DNA from: Octopus vulgaris
Lineage: Eukaryota
Length of the DNA: 64,000 nucleotides
Direction of reading: 5' to 3'
NCBI GenBank assembly: GCA_951406725.2
Contig: OX597822.1
Span: 57,598,001-57,662,000, forward strand
The notes below the pieces were generated by a model, which saw only the letters and a list, made by a program, of their open reading frames with translations, had not been told where the DNA came from and did no database searches. Shown here one piece after another: positions 13,568 to 27,504 of this stretch. The position numbers were made by a program, and so were the translations under genes. Position 1 is the stretch's first letter. The number at the start of each line of letters is the position of its first letter.

Positions 13568-14769
13568 TTAACACAATGGTAGAGTTTATTATTGTATATG
13601 ATATTGGAAATATATTTACTGTATACTGGACATAATATAATGAGATGATTGGTGGAAACAGTGGACAGGGAAAATAATGATAACTGGAGTGATTCTGTGG
13701 TGAGGAGGAGGAAGGTAGCCTGTTCTGCTCTTGGATGATTATGGTTGCCAAATTGGTCTTCTTTCAATTTCCATCTGCCAAATCCACTCACAAAGCTTTG
13801 GTCATCCTGGGGCTGTAGAAGAAGACAAATGCTCAGTGTGCCGCACTGTGGGACTTGACATAATACCACATGGATGGGAAGCAAACTTCCTAACCACACA
13901 GCCATGCTCGCACTTATAAATTTGTGTGTGGGATGAAGAAGTTTGTCTCATAAACATTTTGGTTTCAAATTCAGCCCTACTGCCAATCAATCTTGTGAGT
14001 GAATTTGTTGGATAAAAACTGTAAGTCTGTTTGTGTGTGTGTAAACTCACACACCTGTCTCTTCCCTATATTGACATCTGCACACTGAATGTAATCAAAT
14101 CTCAACAGTCATACAAATTTGTTCGTAATCTTTTGGGAAAACATGCTCGCTATCAAGCTGTTTACTATTTGAAGACCTAGGGAAAAACATTACTTTCTTG
14201 GCAACAGGAAGAGGGCATCAGGCTGTAGTAGTTGAAAAAAAAAATCTTCCATCTGATCTATGTGAGCAAAGAAAAAGTAGATGTTATAATGATGACGGTG
14301 CGTGTTTTAACACCAAAAATCAAAAGATAATATGAGTGCTGTGTTATTATGCATGGCTAGCCAGCAAATGATGTGTGATCTAATTCTTGTTTGAGTGGTT
14401 GCAACATTCTTTTATTTATTCCATTGTTTACTTCATGGACTCTTTATGTGTGTGTGTATAATATTTCATACATTCTTTTGATTCAGCACCTGAACACATC
14501 TTGCAAGGGCAGGTCTATAGTTGTTTGATGTAAACAAGTATGTTATTATGTTTCTGCTGAAGCTTTTTTATTTCCCAGCAGGTTTTCGAATACCGAACAT
14601 TGAATTATTTACAGCCTCAGCTCTGTGCGTGTGGGGGAGAGGGGGTAAACACACATTTACTTACAATTTACACTGAGTATGTTTGTGCATGTGTATAATT
14701 TATACTGAGTATATGTGTATGTGTCTATATGTGGGTGAATATATGTATGTATGTATATGCATAGTACAT

Positions 14770-16060
14770 GTACATAGTGAGCAAGTGAAAGAAAGTAGCA
14801 CTCAACACATAGCTTAAGTTGTATTTAATAACAAGTTAGCTGAGCTCTCCATAACTCAGATGTTTTGTAGGCACAGATCTACATCTTCAGGCATAGTCAG
14901 AGTAGGAAGAATTTAAAGATAGCTTCTAGCTGAAAATATTTAGTTAGACCTCCATTGATCAGTTCACACCATGTGTATAATTTGATTAACATTGACAGCA
15001 GGTCATGTTGCATATGCTACCACATGTTAGAGGGAACAGTCCTGTGGCATGAATTAATTGGAAATCTGTACAGTTTGTGAATTGAGCAGTACCAGCTATT
15101 GATACAGTTTCCCATGGTAAGCTAACCAGTCTACTGGTGTCAGGTTACAATTCAGTTGGCATATCATGCACAGCTGCGTGCTGTTATTTTTAAGCTTGGT
15201 GTTGGTAAACCATACTAAATGTGCACGAAAGTGAAATAATTTTAATGTGGGCAACCATATTGACTGCTTATCCTGCATTTGTGCATGAGCCAACTCTGGC
15301 TAGTGAAGTGTTTCTAGGGTATCAAGTAGTCAGTGGTTTGAAGTTCATGAATTGGACAGTTCTCTGATGACAACTATACGATATATCAGTTTTCTTGTTG
15401 ATGGATTCTACTGGCATTGTAGCACATGAAGTTTCTCACGAGCAGTCACCAATTAGAAAACTGCATGTAAGTAGGGAGGGGTCCTTTCAAAGATGCTCTA
15501 TTTGTGGCTTTTATGCTCATGTAGTATATTATGATTCCTTTGGATGGTGTGAGGGTGGCTCTATAGACAAGTCATCGGCTAACTGCGGCCCATGGGACTT
15601 TCCAAATGGCACTTTTATATTGCACCCCAACTGACAATGAGCCATGTCTTACGCTGTCTACTTCTCAAAAATGGTTGCCCACCTCTGCTACAGGCCATAG
15701 CCTTTGACTGCCAGGATTTTCCCAGTGGGCAGGTGGTAAGTTTTTGGTTATTGCACGTTGGAGTATAAGAGGAAACTACATGGAAGCGTGTTTGTTTCTT
15801 TTATAGCTTGCAGTGTTGTTGAAACATGAGTAGTTAATTTTAATATGGGCAATTAAAGAGTTTATGATACCTTTGGATGCTTGGGAAATGTCTAATTAGG
15901 GACTAGAAGCTTCTAGTCACATTAGAGGATTCATCTAGAATTGATGGGGGATTGAACTAGATTGCCTTTATAATTCTCTTCCGAGGTTTTCCATATACAC
16001 TAGATTTTGCGTTGTAAGAAATAAGTGAATATGTATGATACAGTGAAGTAAAGTATCAGT
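14770..16060 (-). mobile_element. Decayed Penelope-like retroelement (GIY-YIG region plus 3' pLTR-like end)
   Basis: Minus-strand peptide 'LVYRATLT' near 15545-15570 resembles the first motif of the Penelope GIY-YIG domain. The end near 14860-14890 has a CTGAAGA...AAAC motif. Boundaries approximate. Confidence 0.45.
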
Positions 16061-16630
16061 GACCAGGATGTAGACATGCAAAAAAAAAATTTGATACCTA
16101 ATAATATATATTGTTATTAATATCTGTCTCCTTGAAATTATGCCTCCCTTTCTCTTCTATAGTTACTCTTTCAACACTGTTCTCTCTGTTACACTCTTTG
16201 CTACCATCCTCTCACAACAATAAATCTGTTTCTTTCAGTTGTGGCAAAGAAGCTTGCTTACTAACCACATGGTTCTGGGTTCAATACCACTGTTTGGCAC
16301 CTAGGGCAAGTGTAGCCCTGGGCTGATCAAAGCCTTGTGAGTGAATTTAGTGGGTGGAAACTGAAAGAGGTTGTGTGTGTGTTGTCACCTTGCCTTCACA
16401 TCAGATGATAGCTGTAAGCAAGTGCTACCATCATACAGTGTATTTTGTTTCAATTCTTCTATGAAAACATGACTGATAATGAGGGATTTTTACCTTACTT
16501 GGTAATGGTTAGCAACAGGAAGAGCATCCAGTCATAGAACATCTGCCATGACAAATTCCTTCTAATCCATATTAAAACAAGAAAATGTTTTAAAATGTTA
16601 AAGCTATGATTTATTCTCTTTATATTTCAG

Positions 16631-16732
16631 GAAAAAATTCGACAGGTTTTTGACAATTTGATTCAGTTGGACCATCCAAATATTGTGAAATTTCATAAAT
16701 ACTGGACAGACACAGTTGGAGAAAAGCCTAGG
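16631..16732 (+). CDS. NRBP1: NRBP-like exon B (EKIRQVFDNLIQLDHPNIVKFHKYWTDTVGEKPR)
   Basis: Acceptor tatatttcag, 102 nt phase 0-0, donor gtatgt. Matches NRBP 'VFDNLIQLEHLNIVKFHKYW'. Confidence 0.96.
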
Positions 16733-17269
16733 GTATGTATCTTCTCTGTTTTTTCTTTTTACTTGGTTAGATATATGCCATGCACTGCATTAAGGAAACA
16801 AAGAAAAGGAAAAGAATGAAACCTGCTGATGAGGTGAGGCTGTGCTGATGCCCATTTAGGTGAGATGCAGAGGATTTCCTGGCCATTCCCTCTGCAGAGC
16901 CTACAACATGCTGAGCTTCAGAGGGGGCAGTAGGTGGAAGACCATGGAGCCAGCAGAGGTTACCTCGAAGTGGCTATGGACCTGGTGTGACTCCTGGAAG
17001 CAATAATCCTACCAGAGATAGTGTTAAATGGACACAAGCTAGGGCTTGATCAACCCTGGCTCGGTCATCTGGGTGATGATATCTGATTATTGAAAGGCCT
17101 GAAACACCCAATGACCCCAGGAAATATCACTGAAGGGGTGTCCAGGTGCATCACAGCCTATGTATGGAAAAACTAAACTGTATGTGTGTGTCTTATGTTT
17201 AGGTTGTTGGTTAATCCCAGGTCAAGCCTATGATCAAAGACATGACTTCACCCCTTCATTCCAAGTTTT

Positions 17270-17700
17270 TCTGAGGCTTCCATTTCCATGGGTTGCACTC
17301 ATTTTGACAGCTGTCATCTTCCATATGTTACATGCCTGAACCAGCTCATTTCACTCGTATTATATTTTTTCACACTAATATTTACATATCCAGTAGAACA
17401 TGCTTGTTTCATTTCTGTCTGGTCTCTGCAGGTCCTCTGCAATCAAGGCTCCTATTTTTATTTTGTTCAGCATCACACTTCAAACACAAGCATCACACAA
17501 CTTGCCCTTCACTCTGAGTGAAAAAGCCCTTTGTTGCCAACTGCTGTAATAGCTCCCTGAGTTTTTCCAACCCATTCTTATTCTGGTTACTATGCTTTCT
17601 GAATACCCACTTCTACTGCTGACTAGGTCACCTTAGTAACATTAAGTATCATCTATTTCTCTAGAAATTTCCAGGCATTCTATAGACTCTCTAATGCCTA
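17270..17700 (-). mobile_element. RTE-clade LINE fragment (RT C-terminus)
   Basis: Minus translation LATKGF/SLRVKGKLCDACV*SVML...AEDLQR..RNE, with frameshifts and stops. Confidence 0.75.
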
Positions 17701-17961
17701 ATAGATTCCCTCGTGCTTGCTATTATAGAAAGGTTTTCTTATCAGGTAACATGACATAGTAAAGTAGTAGTTGGGAATTGTGGGTACTACTAATTACTTC
17801 ATATGGTGTTTTGCTGCTTGTTTCATGCTTCCCTTTAACTTATTTTATTTCCTTATTTAATTGTTGATGCTGGGTTATACTTATGGCACATGTGTTATGC
17901 TTGGGATGCAATGTAAAATCATGGTCAGTTGCTAATATGGATACATTATTTTGTCTTCCAG

Positions 17962-18051
17962 GTAATTTTCATTACAGAATACATGTCATCTGGTTCTTTG
18001 AAGCAGTTTTTAAAGAAAACCAAAAAGAATAACAAGACATTCCCATTGAAG
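17962..18051 (+). CDS. NRBP1: NRBP-like exon C (VIFITEYMSSGSLKQFLKKTKKNNKTFPLK)
   Basis: Acceptor ttgtcttccag, 90 nt phase 0-0, donor gtatga. Hinge motif VIFITEYMSSGSLKQFLKKTK is typical of NRBP. Confidence 0.96.
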
Positions 18052-20928
18052 GTATGATTACACTGTACTTTTTAGACAAGCTCCTTGTTTCTGTAATGCA
18101 TGTGATACCACAGTTGGATTGGTTGTATTTTATTTTTTAACATTTTGAATTTTTTTTTTTTCTTTTGTTGAAGTTGGTTATATACTTTGTGGTCCTAATT
18201 GCATGTCTCACATTTTTGTACTGAAACAAACATACATGGCTTCAATACAGAATACTTTCCTACAACATTTGTAGTTAATATTAGTGGAGTTTACAAAAAT
18301 GGTAATGTTGGAACACACTATGACTTCTCATTTTATTACTATTACTACTGTTACTACTACTACAGATGTATCATATTTCCATTTGTCATCTGTGTGTGTG
18401 TGTGTGTAAGCATATAGTTGTGAGTGTGCGTGTTATGTATGTATATAATTTCATATTCCTTAGACATTTCTTTTAGTGATTGATATGAGGTTCAAATTCT
18501 TAATAAATACAGAAGTTATATACTTTTTTGCTTTCATACCATTCGGTCGGTTTTTGACTGGGTGTGGCAAATTGGTAAAGAATACTACATTAATTAGCTG
18601 TTGTTGCTAATTTGTGCTCTTAAGTGGAGTGTTATCCTGTCATTAGCTGGGCGGAGTCTTCTTGAGAAGTGGCTCTTTTTGTCTTCTGTTGACCATCTCA
18701 GAAGGTCAGTTGTGTTCTTCAGACTGCAGATATACTGGCATGCTAATTAGAATTTGTTAGTATTTCTAGTTTGGACTGTGTGGTTATATATTGTAGTTGC
18801 TCTTAAGCATGTTTGCTATTAGCCTGATACTGTCATAAGATGGTTGTTTGGTTTAGTGCACTAGTGTCTTTGTGTGGCTCTTTGAATGGACAGGATACTG
18901 CTGAAGTTGCATCATAGCATTGGGTTAATCTTCATGTTAGTCTTAATATACAGTTAATCTTATTTGAATCAATTAGGACAGCAATCATGGATCTCCATCT
19001 TCCCTCTTGACCCATTCTTCTTACAGCCAGTCGGGAAGGCTGTCAAATATTTTCTCTATATATCTCCCCTAGTTTCTTCCTTTCAGTTTTCACTAAGTGT
19101 TCAAAGCTTTGTCTTCTTATATGATGTCCAATAAACTCAATTTGTTGCTTCCTCCTTCTCTTCATGTTAAGAAGTTTTTATTTTATTTTATGTTATTTAT
19201 TTTAGTGGTTTCTGCTCATCTAAGAGCACTTAGACATTTGTTAGTCTATCTGTATAGGACACTTTTAGCATTCACCTAAGGACCCACATTTCTGCAGCAT
19301 TGATAACTTCTTACACAACTATGGAAATTATAGTTAACTTCTCATATTTTTATTGAACAACGTAAAGACTGTTTCTAATGAAGCAATTACTGGTTATATT
19401 ATATATCATATCCATGCAAAATGGTTGGTTGAACCAAATAATTATAGTTTTTCTGATTCTGTTATTCTGGATTTGGTGCTGTATATTCTCCAGTTTCTCT
19501 TGGCACATCTTTCAAATAGTGTGCACCCGCAAAAAGTATTTTTTGCCAGTGTATATTGGATACTCTCTTGTTAATATTACTGACAAGATTTATCTGTTTC
19601 TAACTAAATGTGTGGAATACAAGTTAATATGAAGTGAATTTTTGTTTAGATTTCTTTAAGGATAACAATTACTAGCAAATAAATCTATCATCTTGTCTAT
19701 AAAAAAAATTTTACTCTAATGAATTAGTTCTGACAGTTATTTTTCAGTTAAATTCCATAAATTTTTCTATTAGGTTTATCCTACACCTATTCAGGTTGTG
19801 AGTATTTATGTGGTAGGAGTTTTCCAACTGTATATCTAAAGAATCTATGGAGCTAAATCTACTTCATTGTGTTTCTAAAATATACAAACTCACCTCAAAC
19901 CTAAGCTGACATTGAGACTCTTCACGTAGAAGCAGTTATCAAAGAATGGTATGTTAGTGATGTCCTAGCATGCATTATTGCATTGGTACCAATACTATTT
20001 ATGATGGTAAATTTCTTCCAGAAATTCTAAGTGTTTATGGAGGGAGGGCTCAGTAATTGTTGTGTAGAATTCTGCTCATTCAACCATGGTAAATTTATAA
20101 AGTTTCCATCATTACTGCAGCACTACTGTCCAAGTCTCACAGGTTTGTGGTTGGTTTATTTTGAGGAGCTTGTGAGTGAGATATTGTCTCCATCCAATCT
20201 AGGAAGGCTGTAACTCCAAATAAGAACTAACTTGAACTGTAATGACCTACCCAACCCAGACCAGCATGGGAAAGCAGACATGATTACAATGATTCTGTCA
20301 AGTCTACTCAATTCACTATTTGTTAAGTTTATTAATATATTGTTAGGATCTACTTGGAAGTTTTGTATATGTCCTTCACATGGTTAGGCAATCTACTCTG
20401 ATATCAATCTTAGTCTGTCTAGTGTTTGTACTTTTTTAGCTTTGTTATATGTGGTTTCTGTTTCACAATGTATGTATATATGATATATATTTGTATGTGA
20501 CTTGTTGGTGAGTTTGAAATTTTTTTGAAGTTCTTTTCCTAGATTGTAAATCCTAACTTCATCATTTGAACCTCATATGAATTAACTTGAAGAATGTCAA
20601 AGTGACACAAAACTTGAATAGCAGTGTGGTGATGTTTTAGCTTTGAATAGAGAAATAAAATATATGTAGATATATATACATATATCATCATCATCATTTA
20701 ACATCCATTTTCCATGCTGGCATGGGTTGGACAGTTTGACTGGGGATTGGCAAGCTGGTAGGCTGCACCAGGCTCCAATCTGATTTGGCAAGGTTTCTAC
20801 AGCTGGATGCCCTTCCTAGCACCTGCCACTCCGAGTGTGTGGTGGGTGCTTTTTACGAGCCACCAGCACAGGAGCCAGTCGGGGTGAGGGACTGGCATCA
20901 ACCACGTTCGGATGGTGCTTTTTACATG

Positions 20929-21459
20929 AAGTAACAAGGATGTCCAGGTATCAATACATTACGTCCGCTTCCAGCAGCTCCATTTAATCGATCAATGAAA
21001 ACATTACATCAGTTTAAAAGAAACCACTTTCCTCAGAAGTAGATGACCATATAGATTTCCAACATAAAGGATAAACCATTTTTGACAAATTTAGATTTGT
21101 CACCAACTAGAACACAGTTGACAACTATCTCACCACTCTTATATCTTGACTGCCACTATCTTCCTCGAATACTCTCTAAATTATAATAGGCTTAATAAGA
21201 TATGCATTTCTTTCTAAACTCATTCTGCCACAAATATAAGGAAACAATGTAATTATTTTAGTTTCTAGTATTGATATAAATTCGTCAAAAATGGTTTATC
21301 TTTTATGTTGGAAATTTATACAGTTATTTACTTCTGAGGAGAGTGGTTTTTTTGTTGTTGATTTTTTTTTCAAATGTATATAATGTTTTCATTAATCGAT
21401 TAAATGGAGCCACTCAAAATGGTCATAATGTTATTGATACCTGGACATCCTTGTTACTT
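20929..21459. mobile_element. Long-TIR MITE / fold-back element
   Basis: The terminal 28 nt aagtaacaaggatgtccaggtatcaata are perfectly inverted at the right end. Arms are about 170 bp. Confidence 0.85.
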
Positions 21460-21528
21460 ATTTACATTCTGTTCACCTAACTTGGAGCTGTGCCTCAATT
21501 TAAGTACCTAATTCAACTAAATCTTAAT

Positions 21529-21563
<35 letters not shown>

Positions 21564-24247
21564 GTATATTAATTGCAAGCAAGGATGCAGTATTTCTTTT
21601 GCAACCATAATATACTGCCAAATATATTAAAGGTTTACAAGTCAATATTGTACCTTACTTTTATATATATGTATATATATATTATATTGGGGTGTGTGTG
21701 CACGTTGCATTGAGTATTTTCTCATCATGTTGGTATCCACAAACTCGTGTGTACTTATTTAGCACTGTGGACCAGCTCATGATGGTAAATAGCAGTAAAT
21801 TGAATTACTATTTTCTTCTGAAGATCTGGTATTTCAATGTAGTTATGCAATCATCTACATAATGATTACTGCACTAGTGAAATACATGTAAGTATTATGT
21901 AATTTTAAGAGGTTATAATAAAAAGACAAACTAAATTTCCTATTCTTTCTGCTCTTATGTATGTATATATGTATATAAATATAAGAGAGAAAGAGAGAGA
22001 TAATACAGTCATCAAGTGAATGATATATTACCATTTTAAATCCTGAGTTAATAAATAGCTCACCACCAGGGCTTTGTGGTACTCTAAGCAAGGTACTAAA
22101 TTTTATCCGTCTTACCTAGCAACAGAGCAGGTAAGAAAGGTGAGCACCATGTAACATCATCAGTAGTGCACCAAACTTTACCATGCAGATATCAAGCCTT
22201 CTTTAATGATATTATAATAATTATAACATCTGTATTTATTAGCCTTCTTATTTGCTATTATTGATGTTTAACTGTTGTGTTAGATATACCATTTACGCCT
22301 TATCACTGATTTTTTTTTTTTTTTTTAAATTTGTTTTAGTTAAATCCATGTTTGTTGCTTTCGCTCTAGCCTTTGCACCTTCACCATTTATTATTTCTCC
22401 ACATTCCCATATTTTTTTCTAGGGTCACAGTAAAAAAAAAACAGGTAACTCATTTAAATATTACTTCATTTCATAATCACTATCTCATACTTTCATTTTA
22501 TGTCTCTTTCGATTTCCCTCTCATTTTTTTCTGTGTTGCTCATTCTCTTTCCTCATTTCTCTCTATCTCTCCTTCATTCTCTGTCTTTCTCTAAACTTTT
22601 TTGTACGCATTGTTTTCATTTTCTATCAACCTGGCATCTATAATCGTCATTTTCTGATTCCTACCAAACATGGTCTACTTCTAAATCCAACAAAATGGGG
22701 AAAACATTTGCTTTAATTTTCATTCTCTGACCATCTCGATCTTTTGTATTGTGTATTACACTAATAAATAACCAACACTGAATAATAATAATAATAATAA
22801 TAATAATTAACTAGAATGCTATGCTGTAATAATCCTTTTCTTACAAATTAATTTCAGCTCCATATCATCATAAACCTATTGCCTTCTACTTCTATCTTAA
22901 TATTAAAAATAAAGCCTATTAGCTTCCTTATCTTTCAACTTGGTTGTAGTAATAAAGTAGACTGAATGCCCTGAGAGAAAATGAGTTAGGCATCATTACT
23001 TAAAATTGGCATTAAACTGCAATTTGTTATATGTGTGAGTACTGTGCTTTTGGTTAAAGTTGAGTGGAAGAAACCACTCAACTGACCTCCATGAAACCTC
23101 CCTATCAATAAGAGGCATGAATTTCATTTCTATTTTCCTTATAAGTGCATCTTTACTAGTTTGAGTCATTAGATTTAGGCTATATTATGGTACAGTAATT
23201 GCGCTGTGGCTATGCTGATAAACCTCAATCCTGTCGTACAGGGTTGAGCTGTAAAAGGATGCTGAACAAAAACAAATATTGATTAGAGGAATAAAAGAAA
23301 ACATGAAGCTTAAAAAAAGATATGATGTCACTCCTTCTCAACTGTATTTATTTCATCGACTCCGAAAGGATAAAAGTGAAGTAGACGATGGCAGGATTTG
23401 AACTCAAAATGTAACTTGTTGTAACTAAATGTCATAAGGTATTTTTTCTGATACCCTACCAGTTCTGCCATCCACTCAGACCTTTATAAGAAATTAGTTA
23501 CTAAAGTTGCCATCTTCAAAAGATGGAATAAAATATCAAATTTTAAAGAAAAAGTAATATCCAAGCATGGCCATAGCTGGATTGCTGAATCCAGTAACAA
23601 AAAAAAAAAGGCAAAAGAACAATATTTATATAATATATAGATAGAGAGATGTATGTATGTACAGAAGATTCTTCAGGGTTTAGCTTTAAGGACTTGATAA
23701 CCCAAACGTTATAAAATTATAATTAAAATAGCTGTTCTTGAGTTAATATGGTCAAAAAATTTAACCCTCCAGTCTGGTGGTGGTTCACAAATGTCTGACT
23801 CTCATAGTGTAAGAATTCTATTGACAAACATGAATGTTTTATAATTCCACCCATCCCCTTCTCTACCTCCACTGACAAAATTGTTTTTAAAATACAAAAC
23901 CAAAAGCAAAGCATATCATGGGAAAGGAATGAAAATATTTTTTTAAAATAATTTTAACCATGTATTGTGGTTGAATTAGTCATAAGTTTTAGTAAAAAAA
24001 AAAAAGATGTTAAAAGTGCAGATTGCCATTTTGTTTGAACAGTGTAAACAACTTGACAATGAGAGGTTTGTGTGCATATTCTTGTATGCATTAGAGAGAG
24101 ACACTTACTTGCACACTGAGGCTCATTCACAGGATGCCACTTTTTAATTCACACACTCTTTCTCACTCTCTCTCACATGTCACTATCATATGTTGCAATT
24201 TTTGCGCAACATTCTATTTTTATATCATTGTTGATATGTATTTTATT

Positions 24248-24282
<35 letters not shown>

Positions 24283-24284
24283 TT

Positions 24285-25110
24285 TCTGGTAGCTGTAATG
24301 GCTAGAGGGCTGTCTTGATAAATGTTACTCATCCCCCTTTTATACTACCAGTTTCCCACCACCGACCCACCCCTACTCCGAACCACTTCCATCCCTTATT
24401 CCCATTACACTCCCCCTCTCCACCCCGCGCTATTTTCACCAATCACTTCTTTTCTAACCCTTCAGTTATCTCTCTCCTCTACCATATTCCATTTTAACAC
24501 CTCGCATATCTCTTCTCAACAAGTGTTAAAATGTCCTCTCATATCTGCCATCAAGTCCCACTCACTGTAGCTACCCTTATCCACTCCTGCATCTTCCACC
24601 TCACCAGTCCTACACCTTGCACATCACCCCTCTACATTTTGATCTATCCTTCCTGTGTCACTTCTATCTCTCTTACTCTCTTCATACTACTATTTCCCAT
24701 CAATTACACCTCCACTCTTGTTCACCACTCACTTCCTTCACCTCTACCTCTAACCCTCTGATACTCTCTCCTCACACACTATTGAAAGTTCCTTCTCTTT
24801 CCTCCCCTCCCCTAACCCACTGTCCGAATCTTCCCTTATGCTCACCTGCTTGTACCCTAAGAGTTTGCTCTGATATGCCACCTCTACCATCTTTATCTCC
24901 TTCACAAGTACTGCTGCACACTCTTATATAATGTGTGATTACCGTGTTTCTTCTTTAAAGCAAGACACTTATATCTGTCCCTCTATCATAATTTAGCCTT
25001 TCAACACCTGGCAGAAAGCCACCTCCCCCTCTCAAATACTTCTCCCAACTCAGTAGTGAGTGTGCCCCCCCCCCCCCGTTTCCTTGTCCATTTTGTCTTG
25101 CAAGTTACTT
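24285..25110. repeat. C/T-rich interspersed low-complexity repeat
   Basis: Strongly C-rich and G-poor on the + strand. It yields several spurious Pro/Ser/Leu/His-rich ORFs. Confidence 0.45.
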
Positions 25111-26699
25111 GACAATGTTACAAGTGCCAGTAGCATGAAAAATGCACCTAGTACAGTATAAGTAAATGTTTAGAAAAAATATCATACATGGTAAAAGGGC
25201 ATACGTGGGAACACAAAAAACTTTTAAACCAACTGAAAAAAGGTTTACGGAAGAGAGAACAAGACTTGAAGAACCAATGGAATTTCTTTGACATACCTCA
25301 AGGAATAGTTGAGCCAATGAGTACATCAACTAGGAAAAGAAAACAAACAGAACTTTTGCAAGTAGAGCGAAAACGAAAAAATATTCCAATTTCTTCCCAG
25401 GGAATTAAGAAAAAAAAAATGGGGTGGGCAGAGAGTTGGTAATAAATATATAATAAATATAAGAAAAATATTGACTTCCAAGGAAAGTCAAGTTCAAAAA
25501 GGGGAGATGTGGTGGCAAAATCCTGATGCCTCTGTGGGATAGCAAGTGAACTGTCCTAAACCTTATAAAGGTGCATGCATACAGACAGTGCGAGGTACAG
25601 TGTGGTGTGTGCAGTTGTAGTTGTTGAGAAGAGATATAAGTTTGTTACATGTTTGTTACTGATTTAGTTTTTGTAGTTTTACAACACTGTTACAGTGTAG
25701 TCTATATCCAAACTCCAAGGATATAAGATTTTTTTACATTACATGTCGTACAAACAGTGTCGTTCATTTCCAGTATTATGTGAAAACATGTCAGGCCATG
25801 AGGAAACATTACCTTGCTTGAAAACATGTGAGGGTTGACGACAAGAAGGGCTTCCTGCCATGGAACATCTGTATCAAACTCCATCTGATCCATGCACGCA
25901 TAGAAAACTAAACATAGAATTCAGTTGCAGTAGTAAAAACCATTTGTTGTGTTCCAGAATGATAGGGAGTAACTCCTCCATGCTACTCCAAACAGACCTC
26001 AAAATATTGCAAAAGGAATAATGATTCAGTTCCTTGCACAGAACAATCATTGATTTGCATATGCTCCTAAATTGACTTCTTTTTTATTCAGAAATTCTTG
26101 ATATAGAAATTTGTGAGGAGAAATATTTCTAGAAGTATTAAAATATACTATAAACATAACCAACTATAGCCATCACTCACAAGCAAATATGATTTGGTAG
26201 CATGTACCATACTTTTGCTAATTGTTTTAAGTATTTATGTAAAACACAACCACACTCACATATTTGTGTGGGTCTCCTTGTCTCAACATTGCCTAGTAGT
26301 TGTAAATGAATGTCACTGTCATACAAGTGAAAACGTGTCTGGCTATAGGGGAAATATTATCATACTTAGAAACAAGTAAGTTTGTGACAAGAAGGACATT
26401 TGGTCATAGAAAATCTACCTCAATAAACTCCATCTAACCCATGCGTGCATGGAAAAGTGCACATGATGATGTAGTTGGAATGACATAGACACCTCTGATC
26501 ATTTGGCTCAACAGAATATCAAGAAGGTAACAGCTGGTGGGAGAGAGGGCTGCACCAGCACTGGCTGGTGCTCATTTTCAGTTGAGTAGACTGGAACAAT
26601 GCGGAATAAAGGGCTTTGCTCCAAGACGAATATATCAGAAACATGTTATATTCAGCAAGAATTCTATGGAGGATAGCATATCTTGTCCTACGATTTGCT

Positions 26700-27480
26700 G
26701 CTCTAATGAAAAACCTTAAAGAAACTCCATCAGTGATGCTTGGTTCTTTCATAGAACTGAAGGCAAAAAGCACTTGTATATCCATACTCACAGATGATGC
26801 AGCATACTGTTGGCAGAGCCCAGGAAATGGATCTTGTTCTAGCCTTTTCTCTCTTTCTTTTCTGTTGTAGTTTTCCACAATCTTTCACTGTTAGTCACTG
26901 TCTTTTCCCATCCAGTAGCAATGTCACATAATGGCACCATTATAATGGAGTTTTGGATACAATCACTTCCACTCTTTGTTGTAAAGCACAGATTTAGGGA
27001 TCCTAGCATTTCCAATATGAATTACATCTCACTTACGACTAATACATTTCCTGTAAGGTGGGCTCAACATTAGGCATATTTGCACATTGCAGGACCACAT
27101 AGTTGGGATTGTAGTCTTGCCAAGACTTGTTCATTGTATTTCATAAATAATTAGCAGTTCATCAGCTTTTGATATACCAACAAAATAGTGTATAGGTCTG
27201 GGCAGAGTACAGCAGACAGGATAATAGTACTGCTTGTTATACTTAGCATTTTGTTGATAGTTTTATGCCATGTTATTTCTGTAGTTAAATACTAAGCTTC
27301 TTAGATGTGATCACAGCTGACCGAATGTGGTAAGCTGATGCCACATCCAGATAGTTGTCATCAGAAATCATACTACCCAAATGTGTGAACCTTTTCACTG
27401 CATTTAAAGGTTGATTCCTGATCAGGATGATTTTACATTCATGTTTCATTACTCTAGGTTTAAGACGTTAGATGACTTTG
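26700..27480 (-). mobile_element. RTE-clade LINE 3' fragment
   Basis: Minus translation LNAVKRFTHLGSMIS...QAVLLSCLLYS...SWQDYNPNYVVLQCANMP...CIIC (RT tail plus C-terminal Cys motif), with stops. Confidence 0.7.
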
Positions 27481-27504
27481 GTCTTTTGTATGTTAATCAA
27501 TAGG

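Noticed and set aside
18500-19330. Possible second Penelope-like and RTE relics on the minus strand
   Set aside because: Too degraded to assign motifs or boundaries with confidence by eye.
25188-25442. 84-aa Lys/Arg-rich ORF
   Set aside because: The composition follows from A-rich sequence. No recognisable domain or splice context.
26519-26878. 119-aa minus-strand ORF as a nested gene
   Set aside because: It is an alternative frame over the 3' end of an RTE LINE relic running into another repeat.
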